Origin: Chloroflexota bacterium
Lineage (GTDB): Bacteria; Chloroflexota; Dehalococcoidia; E44-bin15
Assembly: GCA_030604825.1 (NCBI GenBank)
Contig: JAUVVB010000010.1
Location: 2,109 to 66,108 of the forward strand
DNA length: 64,000 bases
Direction of reading: 5' to 3'
Part shown: positions 50,813-61,762 of the stretch, piece after piece
Layout: each line of letters begins with the position of its first letter
Position numbering within the stretch: the stretch's first letter is position 1
Made by a program: the position numbers and the translations under genes
Notes under the pieces: model-generated
Database searches by the model: none
The model's input: only the letters and a program-made list of their open reading frames with translations
Told to the model about the DNA's origin: nothing

Positions 50813-52408
50813 ATGCGGCAGATCCAGCTCTATGACACCACCCTCAGAGATGGGGCGCAGCGGGAGGGAATCTCCTTCACCGTTGAGGATAAGCTCAGGA
50901 TCGCCAGTAAGCTGGACGAGCTGGGCATCCACTTCATCGAGGGGGGCTGGCCGGGCTCAAACCCCAAGGACGATGAGTTTTTCGCCAAAGCGAAGCAGCT
51001 CAACCTCTCCCACGCCCAGCTTGCCGCCTTCGCCTCAACCCGGCGACCAAAGATAAAGGCGGAAAGGGACCCTAGCCTTCGCGCCCTGCTTGAGGCGGGA
51101 ACCAGGGTGGTTACCATAGTGGGGAAGAGCTGGGAGCACCACGTAACTCAGGTATTGGGGACCACCCTTGAGGAAAACCTGCGCATGATCGCCGATTCCA
51201 TAGGCTATCTAAAATCCCAGGGGCGCATGGTCTTCTTCGATGCCGAGCACTTCTTCGATGGCTATAAGGCAAACCCGCAATACGCCCTGAAGACCATAAA
51301 GGCGGCCGCCGAAGCCGGGGCTGATTGCCTCATCCTCTGCGACACCAATGGTGGCGCCCTGCCCTCTGAGGTAGCTGTCGCCACCACTGCCGCCGCGGAG
51401 ATGGGCATCCCCCTGGGCATCCATGCCCATAACGATGCCGAGCTTGCGGTGGCAAATACCCTAGCCGCCATCGAGGCGGGAGCCACCCAAGTTCAGGGAA
51501 CCATCAACGGCTACGGCGAGCGCTGCGGAAACACCAACCTGTGCTCCATCATCCCCACCTTCAAGCTCAAAATGGGCATCCCCTGCATCAGCGACGAGCA
51601 GCTGGCCAAGCTGACCGAGATGGCCCACTATGTGGCCGAGGTAGCCAACCTCACCGTGGATAACCACCTTCCCTACGTAGGGTCAAGCGCCTTCGCCCAC
51701 AAGGCGGGGCTTCACGTCGATGCCATGATGAAGTGGGAGGAGAGCTATCATCACATCAATCCCGAGCAGGTGGGCAATCGGTGGCGCACCCTTATATCCG
51801 AGCTTTCGGGAAGGGGAGGCATAGTTTATAAGGCCAGGGAAAGGGGACTGGAGCTGGCCGCCAAGGATGAGCAGACCCGCGCCATACTGGAACAGATCAA
51901 GTCCATGGAGAGCCGCGGCTTCCAGTATGATGGCGCCGAAGCCTCCTTCGAGCTCCTTATCCGGCGGGCTCAGCCGGACTACCATCCCCCCTTCGAGCTG
52001 GTGGATTTCATGGTGGTGGTGGAAAAAAGGCGCCGCCCACCAACCATCGAGGAGGAGGAGCTCCTATCTGAGGCCACGGTGAAGGTGAAGGTGGGGACCG
52101 ATGTGATCCATACCGCAGCCGAGGGAAATGGTCCGGTAAATGCCCTAGATGCAGCGCTCCGTAAAGCATTGCTGGTTTTCTACCCCAGCCTGGCGGCGGT
52201 AAGGCTGGTGGACTATAAGGTTCGCGCCATCGAAGGAACGGAGGGAACCGCCTCCAGGGTGCGCGTCCTCATCGAATCCAGCGATGGCGAGCATGAGTGG
52301 AGGACGGTGGGCAGCTCCACCAACATCATCGAGGCAAGCTGGCTGGCACTGGCCGATAGCCTTGAGTACTGGCTGCTGAAAAAGCAAGGAGAGGGGACTA
52401 TACTTTAG
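50813..52408 (+). CDS. cimA: citramalate synthase
   Basis: YDTTLRDGAQREG, EGGWPGSNPKD, DAEHFFDG, NGYGERCGN, DYKVR. Confidence 0.93.
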   Translation: MRQIQLYDTTLRDGAQREGISFTVEDKLRIASKLDELGIHFIEGGWPGSNPKDDEFFAKAKQLNLSHAQLAAFASTRRPKIKAERDPSLRALLEAGTRVVTIVGKSWEHHVTQVLGTTLEENLRMIADSIGYLKSQGRMVFFDAEHFFDGYKANPQYALKTIKAAAEAGADCLILCDTNGGALPSEVAVATTAAAEMGIPLGIHAHNDAELAVANTLAAIEAGATQVQGTINGYGERCGNTNLCSIIPTFKLKMGIPCISDEQLAKLTEMAHYVAEVANLTVDNHLPYVGSSAFAHKAGLHVDAMMKWEESYHHINPEQVGNRWRTLISELSGRGGIVYKARERGLELAAKDEQTRAILEQIKSMESRGFQYDGAEASFELLIRRAQPDYHPPFELVDFMVVVEKRRRPPTIEEEELLSEATVKVKVGTDVIHTAAEGNGPVNALDAALRKALLVFYPSLAAVRLVDYKVRAIEGTEGTASRVRVLIESSDGEHEWRTVGSSTNIIEASWLALADSLEYWLLKKQGEGTIL

Positions 52409-52596
52409 TACTAATGCTGGTGGAGATGGGCTGAGAGGGGTTGAGCTTCTGATTTTGCCCTTTATCCAACCAAAGATAGGCCATTCCTCTCCGTTTTTCG
52501 CCCCAAGTTCGTATGAAAATCTATCCCTTTTTCCCTTTTACATGATAATGCTATGTTTGACGGAATTCCCCCCGGGTCTTAAAGTCTAATCGGCTG

Positions 52597-54834
52597 ATGA
52601 ACAGGATAAGCTTAGCTCTCCGCAGTTGGCAAACAGGTCTTGGGGAGGGATTTAGGAGCAGCCTTCTCTTCCGAGGCGGGGCCTTCCTGCTGGGGTTACT
52701 CATCGTTTTGCGCATTACCAGCCTGGTGAACCCCGACTATCCCCTGGGCCCAGTGGCGGGGGTGCTTGGTGCTGCCATAATCCTGCAGGTCGGGTGCTAC
52801 TTCCTGCTCCGCCAGGAGCGCCTGCTTACCCCCCTCAGCTGGCTCCTCCTGGTCACCGACATCCTGGCAATAAGCCTGCTGGTGTATTTCACCGGGGGGG
52901 TGGAGAGCATCTTCCTCTGGGCTTACCTGCTGATAATACTGTGGTGGGGATATATGGTCAGACTAACCGGGGCTGTTGTCGCCGGGGCGATCTCGCTGGC
53001 CGCTTTCTGGCTTTTCAACGGACTGGAACTGGGGGGAGCCCTGCCCCACTACCAGCTCCTTCCCCTGGAGGAAAGCTTCTACCAACACCTGCCGCTGGTG
53101 GGCGCTATTGGCGCCGTCTATTCCCTGGCCATCCCCCTGGTGGTCTGGATCGGCGGCTATCTCTCCACCCGCCGTCAGCAGGAGAGCAAAAAGCTGGGTT
53201 ATCTGGATGGGGTGAAGGCCTTTGTGGAGGCGGTGGAGGCCAAGGACCCCCATACCAAGGGTCATTCGGAAAGGGTGGCCCATTATAGCGTGCTCATTGC
53301 CCAGGAATTGGGACTGAAGAGGAAGGAAGTTGAGCTCATCAGGGAGGCAGGGCTTGTTCATGACGTGGGAAAGGTCTTCCTCCCCGAGGAGGTGCTCACC
53401 ACCAAGGGGGCTCTGGACCCGGCGCAGCAGGTGGCAATGATGAGCCACCCCTTGCTAAGCTATGAGGTGCTGGGGAAATCCGGTGCCCCTAAAGAAGTCC
53501 TCCTTCCGGTAAGGCATCACCATGAGTGGTACGGGGGAGGAGGCTATCCCGATGGGCTCTCGGGGGAGCAAATACCATTGGCAGCACGCATCATGGCGGT
53601 GGCTGACGCCTTTGAGGCGATGACCGCCGGGCGCTCTTACCGGGGGCGACGCCCCATCAAGGAGACGGCCAAGGAGCTCACCAAGGGGAAGGGGACCCAG
53701 TTTGACCCCAAGGTGGTGGATGCCTTCCTCAAGCGATTGGAGACGGAAGAGGTACCTACCCGATTGCCCAAGGGGGTGCCCGCCGCAGTGGCAAGTGAGG
53801 AGTCAAAGATCCCCCTTGCCCGCAAGGAGCTGCCCTGGACCCTGGGCATGATGACGGTAACCCAGTACAAGGCCTCCACCATCCTGTTTCGACTGGGCCA
53901 GGAGGTGCGCTCCATCCTGGACCGTAAGACCATCCTGTCAAGGGTTCTGGCCCTGCTCAAGGAGGTCCAGGGCTATGAGAACTGCGCCATCTTCGTCATG
54001 GAGGATGGGGAGCTGGTGATGCAGGCAGCCATCGGCTATCGGCTGCACCAGCGGGGGGCAAGGGTGGCTAAGGGGGAGGGAGTCATCGGATGGGTGGCGG
54101 AGAACGATGTGGTGCGCCTGATCCCGGATGTAACCGTCAACCCCAGCTATATGGAGAGCAGCTTTCTGAAGACGGGGACGATGCTGGTTGTCCCCCTCTG
54201 CGCGGAGAGAAGGGTGATAGCAGTTCTGGTGATAGAGAACGAGATAGCCGATGCCTTCACCGTGGAGGACGTCCACCTGGTGGAGGCCATTGCGCCGCAT
54301 ATTGCAGCGGTGATCGAGGTGGCCTTGCTTCACGAGCAGGCGAAGACGGCTGCCGCCTATGACAGCCTGACCGGGGTTCACAACCATCGCTATTTCTACC
54401 AGCGCCTGGGGGAGGAGCTGGCCCACGCCCACCGCCATGGGCACCCCCTCTCCATCGCCATCATCGATGTCGATGAACTGAAAAGGATAAACGACCTCTA
54501 TGGGCACCTCGCCGGGGATGAGGCACTGCGGCACATGGGGCACATTCTGAGGGAAAAGGTGAGAGCTTCCGATGTGGTGGCCAGATACGGGGGGGACGAG
54601 TTCGCCATCATCATGCCAGAGACGGATAAGCAGGAGGCGGAGAACGCAATAGCCAGGCTTATGGTTCTGCTGGACGCAGCAACGGTTCAGCATAATGACC
54701 AGAGCTTCCCCATGCCCCACCGCTCCCACGGGCTGGCCACTTTCCCCGGGGACGGCGATAACCCCACCGAGCTCTTCGCCGTTGCCGACGCCGCTCTGTA
54801 TCAGGCAAAGGGTAAAAAGGCCGGTAGCAGCTAA
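52597..54834 (+). CDS. membrane-bound HD-GYP + GAF + GGDEF c-di-GMP turnover protein
   Basis: N-terminal TMs; HDVGK..HHEWYGGGGYPDG; GAF (GEGVIGWVA); RASD I-site and RYGGDEF. Confidence 0.92.
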   Translation: MNRISLALRSWQTGLGEGFRSSLLFRGGAFLLGLLIVLRITSLVNPDYPLGPVAGVLGAAIILQVGCYFLLRQERLLTPLSWLLLVTDILAISLLVYFTGGVESIFLWAYLLIILWWGYMVRLTGAVVAGAISLAAFWLFNGLELGGALPHYQLLPLEESFYQHLPLVGAIGAVYSLAIPLVVWIGGYLSTRRQQESKKLGYLDGVKAFVEAVEAKDPHTKGHSERVAHYSVLIAQELGLKRKEVELIREAGLVHDVGKVFLPEEVLTTKGALDPAQQVAMMSHPLLSYEVLGKSGAPKEVLLPVRHHHEWYGGGGYPDGLSGEQIPLAARIMAVADAFEAMTAGRSYRGRRPIKETAKELTKGKGTQFDPKVVDAFLKRLETEEVPTRLPKGVPAAVASEESKIPLARKELPWTLGMMTVTQYKASTILFRLGQEVRSILDRKTILSRVLALLKEVQGYENCAIFVMEDGELVMQAAIGYRLHQRGARVAKGEGVIGWVAENDVVRLIPDVTVNPSYMESSFLKTGTMLVVPLCAERRVIAVLVIENEIADAFTVEDVHLVEAIAPHIAAVIEVALLHEQAKTAAAYDSLTGVHNHRYFYQRLGEELAHAHRHGHPLSIAIIDVDELKRINDLYGHLAGDEALRHMGHILREKVRASDVVARYGGDEFAIIMPETDKQEAENAIARLMVLLDAATVQHNDQSFPMPHRSHGLATFPGDGDNPTELFAVADAALYQAKGKKAGSS

Positions 54835-54843
54835 GGGTTTAGG

Positions 54844-55467
54844 TCATCTCGGCTTTCCCACAGGAATTATGTAAAGGGGCTTCGCCTCTTTTCCCAGGTC
54901 CAGCACCCGGCTCACCTCTTCATCGTAGAAGGCGCCGACCATCACCACCGCCAGGCCCAGGGTCTCCGCCTGCAGATGGATGTTCTCCCCTACGTGCCCC
55001 ACCTCCATGTGAACATACCTTTCCGCCCTCCTGCCATACCGCCAGACGGTCCTCTCATATAGGGCACAGATGACGATATCCACCAGAGCCTGGGCGATGA
55101 ATTCCTCATCCAGGGCAGCAGCGGAGAGGGCATCCCTGAAATCCCCCCCTTTGTGCCGGCTCAGGGAGTGGTTTTCCACGTTGTAGTGATAGATCCCCGC
55201 CTCAAGCCCGTCAACGCCATCCCTGCCCACCACCACATAGAGCTCCAGGGGGTAGGTGGCGCCGGCGCTGGGGGCTGCCCTCAGCCCTTGGGCGCTGGTA
55301 ATCCCCTGTGCCGCCCACAATATCTGGGAGAGCTGGAAGAGGGACAGGGGCTCTCTGCGGTACCTCCTCACCGACCTTCTCCGCGAGATGGCCTCCTCAA
55401 CGGACATCGTTCCGCTGCGGGAGGGGGGAGGCAGGTCGAACTCCTTGGAATGCTCCTCAGGCCCCAT
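54844..55467 (-). CDS. SagB/ThcOx-family nitroreductase
   Basis: RRRSVRRY, LWAAQG, APSAGATYPLE, EVGHVGENIHL. Confidence 0.9.
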   Translation of the reverse strand: MGPEEHSKEFDLPPPSRSGTMSVEEAISRRRSVRRYRREPLSLFQLSQILWAAQGITSAQGLRAAPSAGATYPLELYVVVGRDGVDGLEAGIYHYNVENHSLSRHKGGDFRDALSAAALDEEFIAQALVDIVICALYERTVWRYGRRAERYVHMEVGHVGENIHLQAETLGLAVVMVGAFYDEEVSRVLDLGKEAKPLYIIPVGKPR

Positions 55468-55476
55468 GGTAAATCC

Positions 55477-56652
55477 TCAGAGAAGCTGGGCACTGGCCTC
55501 AGCAGTGACGATGCGGTAGACCTCCTGGAGGGGAAGGGCGTGCTCCTGGGCAAGACGGCGACAGTCCTCGTATTCAGCGGAGAGGCCAACCCTTTTGCCC
55601 CCAAGGCGCTTCACCTTCACCATGACCGGGCCCAGGCTGGATTGGAAGGGGATCATCTCCCGCTCAGATTCGTGGCGCTTCACCTCTTTAACCCGAAGGC
55701 CAAAGGTGGAGGTCTCCCGAAATATGGTCTCCACCATCCTCCCCTCCGCCTCCTCGGGGGCGAGGACGCTGAGCATCAGCGCCGGGCGGTTCTTCTTCAT
55801 CTGAATGGGGGTAAACCACACATCCAGGGCACCCCCCTCGAAGAGGCGCTCCTGGATATGGCCATAAAGCTCGGGGCTCATATCGTCGATGTTGGTTTCC
55901 AGCAGAAGGAGATGGCGCTCCTCCTCCCTCCCCTCCCCGACCCAGAGGGGGAGAACGTTGGGCAGGCTCTCCAGCTCCCGGGCACCAACCCCGTAGCCAA
56001 TGCGCTCAACGGAGAAGGTAGGGCGGTCAAAGGAGGCCAGGGTGGTGACGATGGCCGCCCCGGTAGGGGTGACCAGCTCCCCCAGCTCGGGGGAGGGGGT
56101 GGGCCTAAGCGGGGCATGGGATGAGGCGATTAGCTCCAGGGTGGCGGGCGCAGGCACGGGCAGCACCCCCTGTTCCGTCTGAACCAGGCCGCTTCCGCTG
56201 GGCAGGGGGGATGAAAAGAGGGCCTCGATGCCCAAGAGCTCAAGGCCAATCACCGCCCCCACCACGTCAACGATGGCGTCGGTGGCCCCCACCTCATGAA
56301 AGTGGACCTCCTCTACGGGGACCCGGTGAACCTTTGCCTCGGCAGAGGCCAGGCGACGAAAGATAAGGGCGCACCGCTCTTTCGTCTTTTGGGACAAGGG
56401 GCCTTCTTGGACCAGGTTCAGTATCTGCTTTAGATTACGCCCTTCCGGGGTGCTGCCCTCTAGGATCACCTCCGCTTTGGTGCCAGTGATCACCCCCCGT
56501 CTCGCTGGCTGGGCCGATATGCGGTAGCCGGCAAGGGGGAGCTTGGCAAGCTCAGCGGCGAGCAGCTCCAGGGGGAGCCCGACATCGAGAAGGGCGCCCA
56601 GGATCATATCCCCGCTCAAGCCAGAGAAGCAATCCAGATAGCCGACCTTCAA
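55477..56652 (-). CDS. larC: nickel pincer cofactor biosynthesis protein LarC
   Basis: YLDCFSGLSGDM, HFHEVGA.D, PVPAPAT, ETNIDD, MKKNRP, ETSTFG.R. Confidence 0.93.
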   Translation of the reverse strand: MKVGYLDCFSGLSGDMILGALLDVGLPLELLAAELAKLPLAGYRISAQPARRGVITGTKAEVILEGSTPEGRNLKQILNLVQEGPLSQKTKERCALIFRRLASAEAKVHRVPVEEVHFHEVGATDAIVDVVGAVIGLELLGIEALFSSPLPSGSGLVQTEQGVLPVPAPATLELIASSHAPLRPTPSPELGELVTPTGAAIVTTLASFDRPTFSVERIGYGVGARELESLPNVLPLWVGEGREEERHLLLLETNIDDMSPELYGHIQERLFEGGALDVWFTPIQMKKNRPALMLSVLAPEEAEGRMVETIFRETSTFGLRVKEVKRHESEREMIPFQSSLGPVMVKVKRLGGKRVGLSAEYEDCRRLAQEHALPLQEVYRIVTAEASAQLL

Positions 56653-57467
56653 CGTGCCTCCTTAAGCGACTCAGCCATGCTCCCGGTGCGGTACCCCGCC
56701 AGGTCGAGGGTGATATAGATATAGCCCAGGGCACGAAGCTCCGCCACCACCTTAAGGCTTGTTTCCACATCGCCGAGAAGCGCCATATCCTGGGGGCTTG
56801 CCTCAATGCGGGCAATGCTGCCATGATGGCGCACCCGAAAATGGCGCAGCCCCAACTTGGCCAGCGCCTCCTCCGCCCTCATGATGCGCTCCAGGAGCTC
56901 AGCGGCGATGGGCATGCCATAGGGGATGCGGGAGGCGAGGCAAGCCATTGGCGGCTTATCCCAGTTGGGCAAGCCCAGGCTTTGGGAAAGGGCGCGAATC
57001 TCCGCCTTGGTGAGGCCAGCCTCGAGGAGGGGGCTTCTCACCCCAAACTCCTGGGCAGCGATCCTTCCCGGCCGAAAATCCCCCAGGTCATCGCGATTGG
57101 TGCCATCGACCACCCCCTTAAGCCCGTTCTCTTTGGCGATCTGGCTCAACAGACGAAAAAGTCCCCGCTTGCAGTAGTAGCAGCGATGGCGGTCATTAGC
57201 TACGAAGGAGGGATCATCAAGCTCGTTGGTCTCGATAATGAGATGGCGCAGACCAAGCTGGCGAGCCAACGATTCAGCCTGAGCGATCTCTGAAGGAGGG
57301 TAAACGGGCGAAACAGCGGTAACCGCCAGCGCCTTCTGGCCCAGGGTCTCATGGGCGATAAAGGCAAGCAGGGTGCTATCGACGCCGCCGGAGTAGGCGA
57401 CGGCTGCTGAGCCCAGCTCGGCGAGCTGGGACCTAACCTTGGCCAGTTTTTCTTCCACCTTTAGCAA
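56649..57467 (-). CDS. larE: ATP-dependent sacrificial sulfur transferase LarE
   Basis: AYSGGVDS PP-loop, RCYYCK, DGTN.DD..DFRPG, CLASRIPYG, RVRHHG. Confidence 0.93.
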   Translation of the reverse strand: MLKVEEKLAKVRSQLAELGSAAVAYSGGVDSTLLAFIAHETLGQKALAVTAVSPVYPPSEIAQAESLARQLGLRHLIIETNELDDPSFVANDRHRCYYCKRGLFRLLSQIAKENGLKGVVDGTNRDDLGDFRPGRIAAQEFGVRSPLLEAGLTKAEIRALSQSLGLPNWDKPPMACLASRIPYGMPIAAELLERIMRAEEALAKLGLRHFRVRHHGSIARIEASPQDMALLGDVETSLKVVAELRALGYIYITLDLAGYRTGSMAESLKEAR

Positions 57468-58812
57468 GGGCCACCCTTAACGCTTCCCTCACCGATTCCA
57501 CGGCGATGGCCTCCATTCCCTGAGGGGCACTAACCCTGGCCGCTCTGGGGAGGAGGCAGCGCCTAAATCCCAGCTTTGCCGCCTCGCCGAGCCTTCTCTC
57601 CAGCTGAGGCACACCCCTTAGCTCACCGCTCAGCCCCAACTCCCCGATGACCACCAGGCTGGGGTCGATGGCATCGCCGCGAAGGCTGGAGGAGATGGCA
57701 AGGGCGATTCCGAGGTCGGCGGCGGGCTCGCTCACCCTCAGCCCACCAACCACATTGACGATGATATCCTGACTCCCCAGGGCAAGGCCGACCCGCCGGG
57801 AGAGAACGGCGGCGATGAGGAGAAGGCGGTTGAAGTCGATGCCGTTGGCGGTGCGTCGGGGAAGTCCAAAGCTTGAGGGGCTGGTGAGCGCCTGGATCTC
57901 CACCAGGAGGGGTCTCGTCCCCTCCAGGGTGGGAACCACTGCCGAGCCCACGGTATCGCCAGCCCGTTGCGACAGGAAAACCTGGGAAGGGTTATCCACC
58001 TCCACCAGGCCGTTTCCCCCCATCTCGAAGATGCCCACCTCGTTGGTGGAGCCAAAGCGGTTCTTCACCCCCCTCAGCAGCCGGTAGGAGCTGAAGGGCT
58101 CCCCCTCCAGATAGAGCACCACATCCACGATATGCTCCAGCACCCTGGGCCCGGCGATGGCGCCATCCTTGGTAACATGCCCTGAGAGCAGAACGGGAAC
58201 GCCAGCCACCTTTGCCCACTGCATCAATCTCATGGTGCACTCTCGAATCTGAGCCACGCTCCCCGGGGATGAGCCCACATCATCGAGGTAAACCGTCTGA
58301 ATGGAATCGACGACCACCAGCTCGGGGGACTCCCGTTCCAATTGCTCCAGGATGAGCTCCAGGTTTGTCTCGGGGAGGATGAACAGCCCCTCGCCGCCAA
58401 GGCCGAGGCGATTTGCCCTCAGCCTAACCTGCCCCAGCGACTCCTCGCCGGAGACATAGAGCACCCTCCTCCCCTGCTGGGAAACCATGGCCGAGACCTG
58501 AAGCAGGAGGGTTGATTTGCCAATTCCGGGGTCACCTCCGATGAGCACCAGGGAGCCGGGGACGATGCCCCCTCCCAAAACCCGGTTAAACTCGGCGCAG
58601 GAGGTGGCAAGGCGGGGCAGCCCCTCGCTGGCCACCTGGGAGAGTTCCTGAGGGGCGGTTGAGGGCAGCCGGGAAGGGCGGCCTGGGGCAGGGGGCACCA
58701 TTTCCACAAAGGTGTTCCAGCCGTGGCAATCGGGGCAGCGGCCCAGCCATTTTATGCTCTCCCTGCCGCACTGCTGGCAAACGAAAATAACCCTCTCCCG
58801 ACGTTTGGCCAT
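57433..58812 (-). CDS. radA: DNA repair protein RadA (Sms)
   Basis: C4 Zn finger, GGDPGIGKSTL, KNRFG, Lon-like C-terminus. Confidence 0.97.
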   Translation of the reverse strand: MAKRRERVIFVCQQCGRESIKWLGRCPDCHGWNTFVEMVPPAPGRPSRLPSTAPQELSQVASEGLPRLATSCAEFNRVLGGGIVPGSLVLIGGDPGIGKSTLLLQVSAMVSQQGRRVLYVSGEESLGQVRLRANRLGLGGEGLFILPETNLELILEQLERESPELVVVDSIQTVYLDDVGSSPGSVAQIRECTMRLMQWAKVAGVPVLLSGHVTKDGAIAGPRVLEHIVDVVLYLEGEPFSSYRLLRGVKNRFGSTNEVGIFEMGGNGLVEVDNPSQVFLSQRAGDTVGSAVVPTLEGTRPLLVEIQALTSPSSFGLPRRTANGIDFNRLLLIAAVLSRRVGLALGSQDIIVNVVGGLRVSEPAADLGIALAISSSLRGDAIDPSLVVIGELGLSGELRGVPQLERRLGEAAKLGFRRCLLPRAARVSAPQGMEAIAVESVREALRVALAKGGRKTGQG

Positions 58813-58890
58813 GGCAAACCTCTAAAGCAGAAGGGGAAGCCCAAAAAGGGCCTCCCCGTGAGAAACCCGCTACTTCCCAACCCCCTTGCC

Positions 58891-61350
58891 TTATTGAGGG
58901 GATTTTGCCGCTTCCAGGGTGCGGATGACGATCTTGTCGTCCTCGCAGTCGACGAGCACGGTGTCCCCCGACTGGAAGTCCCCGCGGAGCAAGGCATCAG
59001 AAAGGGGGTCCTCCACCAAATCCTGAATCGTTCGGCGCAAGGGACGGGCGCCAAAGACGGGGTCATAGCCCTTCTCGCCGAGGAGGTTCTTGGCGACATC
59101 GGTGACCTCGAGCTTTACCGCCTTCTCCGCCAGCTCCTTCCATACCTCACGAAGCATGAGGTCCACGATCTGCCTGATGTGATCCTTGTTCAGGGCGTGG
59201 AAAACAACGATGCCATCGATGCGGTTGAGGAACTCGGGGCGGAAGAACTTCTTCACCTCCCCCATCACCTTTTCCTTCATCCTCTCATAGGACTGCTGCT
59301 CCGATTTGGCATCTTCGGTCTTGGTGGCGAAGCCCAGGGTGGTGTCGCGCTTGATGAGCTCAGCGCCGATGTTGCTGGTCATGGCGATGATGGTGTTCCT
59401 GAAGTCCACCCCCCTCCCTTTGGCATCGGTGAGATGCCCATCATCGAAGATCTGGAGCAATATATTGAAGACATCGTGGTGAGCCTTCTCGATCTCATCG
59501 AGGAGGATTGCCGAGTAGGACTTTCGCCTCACCGCCTCGGTGAGCTGCCCCCCTTCCTCGTAACCTATATAGCCCGGGGGCGCCCCCACCAGGCGAGCCA
59601 CAGTGTGCTTCTCCATGAACTCAGACATGTCCAGCCTGACCAGGGCATCCCTGCTGCCAAAGAGGAATTCGGCCAGCACCCTCACCAGCTCCGTCTTCCC
59701 CACCCCGGTGGGGCCAAGGAAGATGAAACTGCCGATGGGACGCCGGGGGTCCTTGAGCCCGGCGCGAGCCCTCCGCACCGCCTTGGAGATCATGGTGATC
59801 GCCTCATCCTGGCCGATGATGCGGCGATGAAGCACCTCCTCCATCTGAAGCAGGCGGGCGGTCTCATCCTTGGCCAGGCGGGTCACCGGGATGCCGGTCC
59901 ACATGCTCACCACCTCGGCGATGTCCTCCTCGGTGACCACAGGTGCCTCGGCCTGCTTTTCCTCCTGCCACCCTTCTTCCATCCTCTCCATCTTTTCCGC
60001 CAGTTTTAGCTCGCGGTCCCTCAGCTCGGCGGCGTACTCATACTGCTGGCCGGCGATGGCCGCCTCCTTATCCTGGCGCAGCCTCTCCACCGCCTGCCTC
60101 GCCTCGTTCAAAGGGATGGGGGTAGAGAAATCCCTGATCCTCACCCGGGATGCCGCCTCATCCACCAGGTCGATAGCCTTATCGGGGAGGAAGCGATCGG
60201 GGATATACCTTGCTGCCAGGGCTGCCGCTGAACTTATGGCCTCATCGCTTATGGTGAGTTCGTGATGCTCCTCGTAGCGGCTCTTGATGCCCTGTAGGAT
60301 ATCCACCGTTTCCTCGATGGATGGCTCCTCCACCAGTATGGGCTGAAAGCGCCGCTCCAGGGCAGGATCCCTCTCCACATGCTTTCGATAGTCGTCGGCG
60401 GTGGTGGCACCAATACACTGCAATTCGCCCCGGGCCAGGGAGGGCTTCAGCAAGCTGGAAGCATCGACCGCACCCTCGGCAGCGCCAGCGCCGACGATGG
60501 TGTGCATCTCATCGATGAAGAGCATGCAGTTTCCTGCCGTCTTTATCTCGTCGATCACCCGCTTCAGGCGCTCCTCAAACTCCCCTCGATACTTGGTCCC
60601 TGCCACCAGGGAGCCGATATCAAGGGTGAGCACCCGCTTACCCCTCAGCATCTCAGGGACATTGCCCGCCACGATGCGATGGGCTAGGCCCTCAACGATG
60701 GCCGTCTTGCCCACCCCCGGCTCTCCAATGAGAACCGGATTGTTCTTGGTGCGCCGGCTGAGGATCTGGATAACCCGCTCGATCTCCTTCTGACGCCCGA
60801 TGATGGGGTCGAACTTGCCGCGGCGGGACATCTCGGTCAGATCCACGCTTAGCTGATCCAGGGTTGGGGTGCGAGATGAGGGGCGAGGTCCCGCGGCCTG
60901 GGGCATGCTTTGCTGCAGGATGCGCACCGTCTCGTTGCGCACCTTGTCCAGGTTAACGCCCAGGCTCTCCAGGACACCAGCAGCAACCCCCTCTCCCTCG
61001 CGCAAAAGCCCCAGCAGGAGATGCTCGGTGCCGATATAATTGTGATTGAGGCGGCGGGCCTCATCTACCGCCAGCTCGATAACCCGCTTCGCTCTGGGGG
61101 TAAGCCCAATCTCCCCCCTCACCGCGTGCTCCCCGCGCCCGATGATGAACTCAATGGCACTGCGCACCTTGGCCAGCTCCACGCCAAGGTTGGCCAAAAC
61201 CTTAGCCGCAACGCCCTCACCCTCCCGAACCAGACCCAAGAGGATATGCTCGGTGCCGATGTAGTTATGGTTGAACCGCTGCGCCTCCTCCTGAGCCAGG
61301 GTAAGGACCTTGCGCGCCCTTTCGGTGAACTTCTCAAATCTACTGGACAT
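58891..61350 (-). CDS. clpC: ATP-dependent Clp protease ATP-binding subunit ClpC
   Basis: Two Clp-N repeats, [11 protein letters not shown]-like middle domain, [12 protein letters not shown] ClpP-binding loop. Confidence 0.96.
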   Translation of the reverse strand: MSSRFEKFTERARKVLTLAQEEAQRFNHNYIGTEHILLGLVREGEGVAAKVLANLGVELAKVRSAIEFIIGRGEHAVRGEIGLTPRAKRVIELAVDEARRLNHNYIGTEHLLLGLLREGEGVAAGVLESLGVNLDKVRNETVRILQQSMPQAAGPRPSSRTPTLDQLSVDLTEMSRRGKFDPIIGRQKEIERVIQILSRRTKNNPVLIGEPGVGKTAIVEGLAHRIVAGNVPEMLRGKRVLTLDIGSLVAGTKYRGEFEERLKRVIDEIKTAGNCMLFIDEMHTIVGAGAAEGAVDASSLLKPSLARGELQCIGATTADDYRKHVERDPALERRFQPILVEEPSIEETVDILQGIKSRYEEHHELTISDEAISSAAALAARYIPDRFLPDKAIDLVDEAASRVRIRDFSTPIPLNEARQAVERLRQDKEAAIAGQQYEYAAELRDRELKLAEKMERMEEGWQEEKQAEAPVVTEEDIAEVVSMWTGIPVTRLAKDETARLLQMEEVLHRRIIGQDEAITMISKAVRRARAGLKDPRRPIGSFIFLGPTGVGKTELVRVLAEFLFGSRDALVRLDMSEFMEKHTVARLVGAPPGYIGYEEGGQLTEAVRRKSYSAILLDEIEKAHHDVFNILLQIFDDGHLTDAKGRGVDFRNTIIAMTSNIGAELIKRDTTLGFATKTEDAKSEQQSYERMKEKVMGEVKKFFRPEFLNRIDGIVVFHALNKDHIRQIVDLMLREVWKELAEKAVKLEVTDVAKNLLGEKGYDPVFGARPLRRTIQDLVEDPLSDALLRGDFQSGDTVLVDCEDDKIVIRTLEAAKSPQ

Positions 61351-61434
61351 CTTCCGCTCCCAAACTAAAGGGCAAGGGGCCCGACCGCCTATATTTTAAC
61401 ATACCTCGTTGGAAAAGGAAAGGGTACCAAGGTA

Positions 61435-61743
61435 TTAGTTTTTGCTTCCCCTCCTCATAGATGCAATTACCCTTTCCACGCCCAACCCCAAAAGGGAAAC
61501 AAAGAGCACCGTCTCCACGCTCCTTATCAACAGGTTGGGCTCCGCCGCCTGGGTTACCCCGTAAAGCCATATATTGGCGAAGTGCCACAAGAAAGCGAGG
61601 GCGCAACCGGTCAATGCCAGGTAAGCCAGAACATCCCTGAAAGATGTCTTACTGGGGTTATGCCCCTCAGCGATTGAGGCTTTCCCCGGGTGAGGCTTCC
61701 GCCTCTCCTTTACCGCCCCGACCGGATATGCTTCCTGCCTCAT
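61435..61743 (-). CDS. small 2-TM membrane protein under riboswitch control
   Basis: Two hydrophobic segments; SD AGGGGG sits inside a hairpin formed with the riboswitch 3' strand. Confidence 0.65.
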   Translation of the reverse strand: MRQEAYPVGAVKERRKPHPGKASIAEGHNPSKTSFRDVLAYLALTGCALAFLWHFANIWLYGVTQAAEPNLLIRSVETVLFVSLLGLGVERVIASMRRGSKN

Positions 61744-61762
61744 AGTGAAACCCCCTGTCTAG

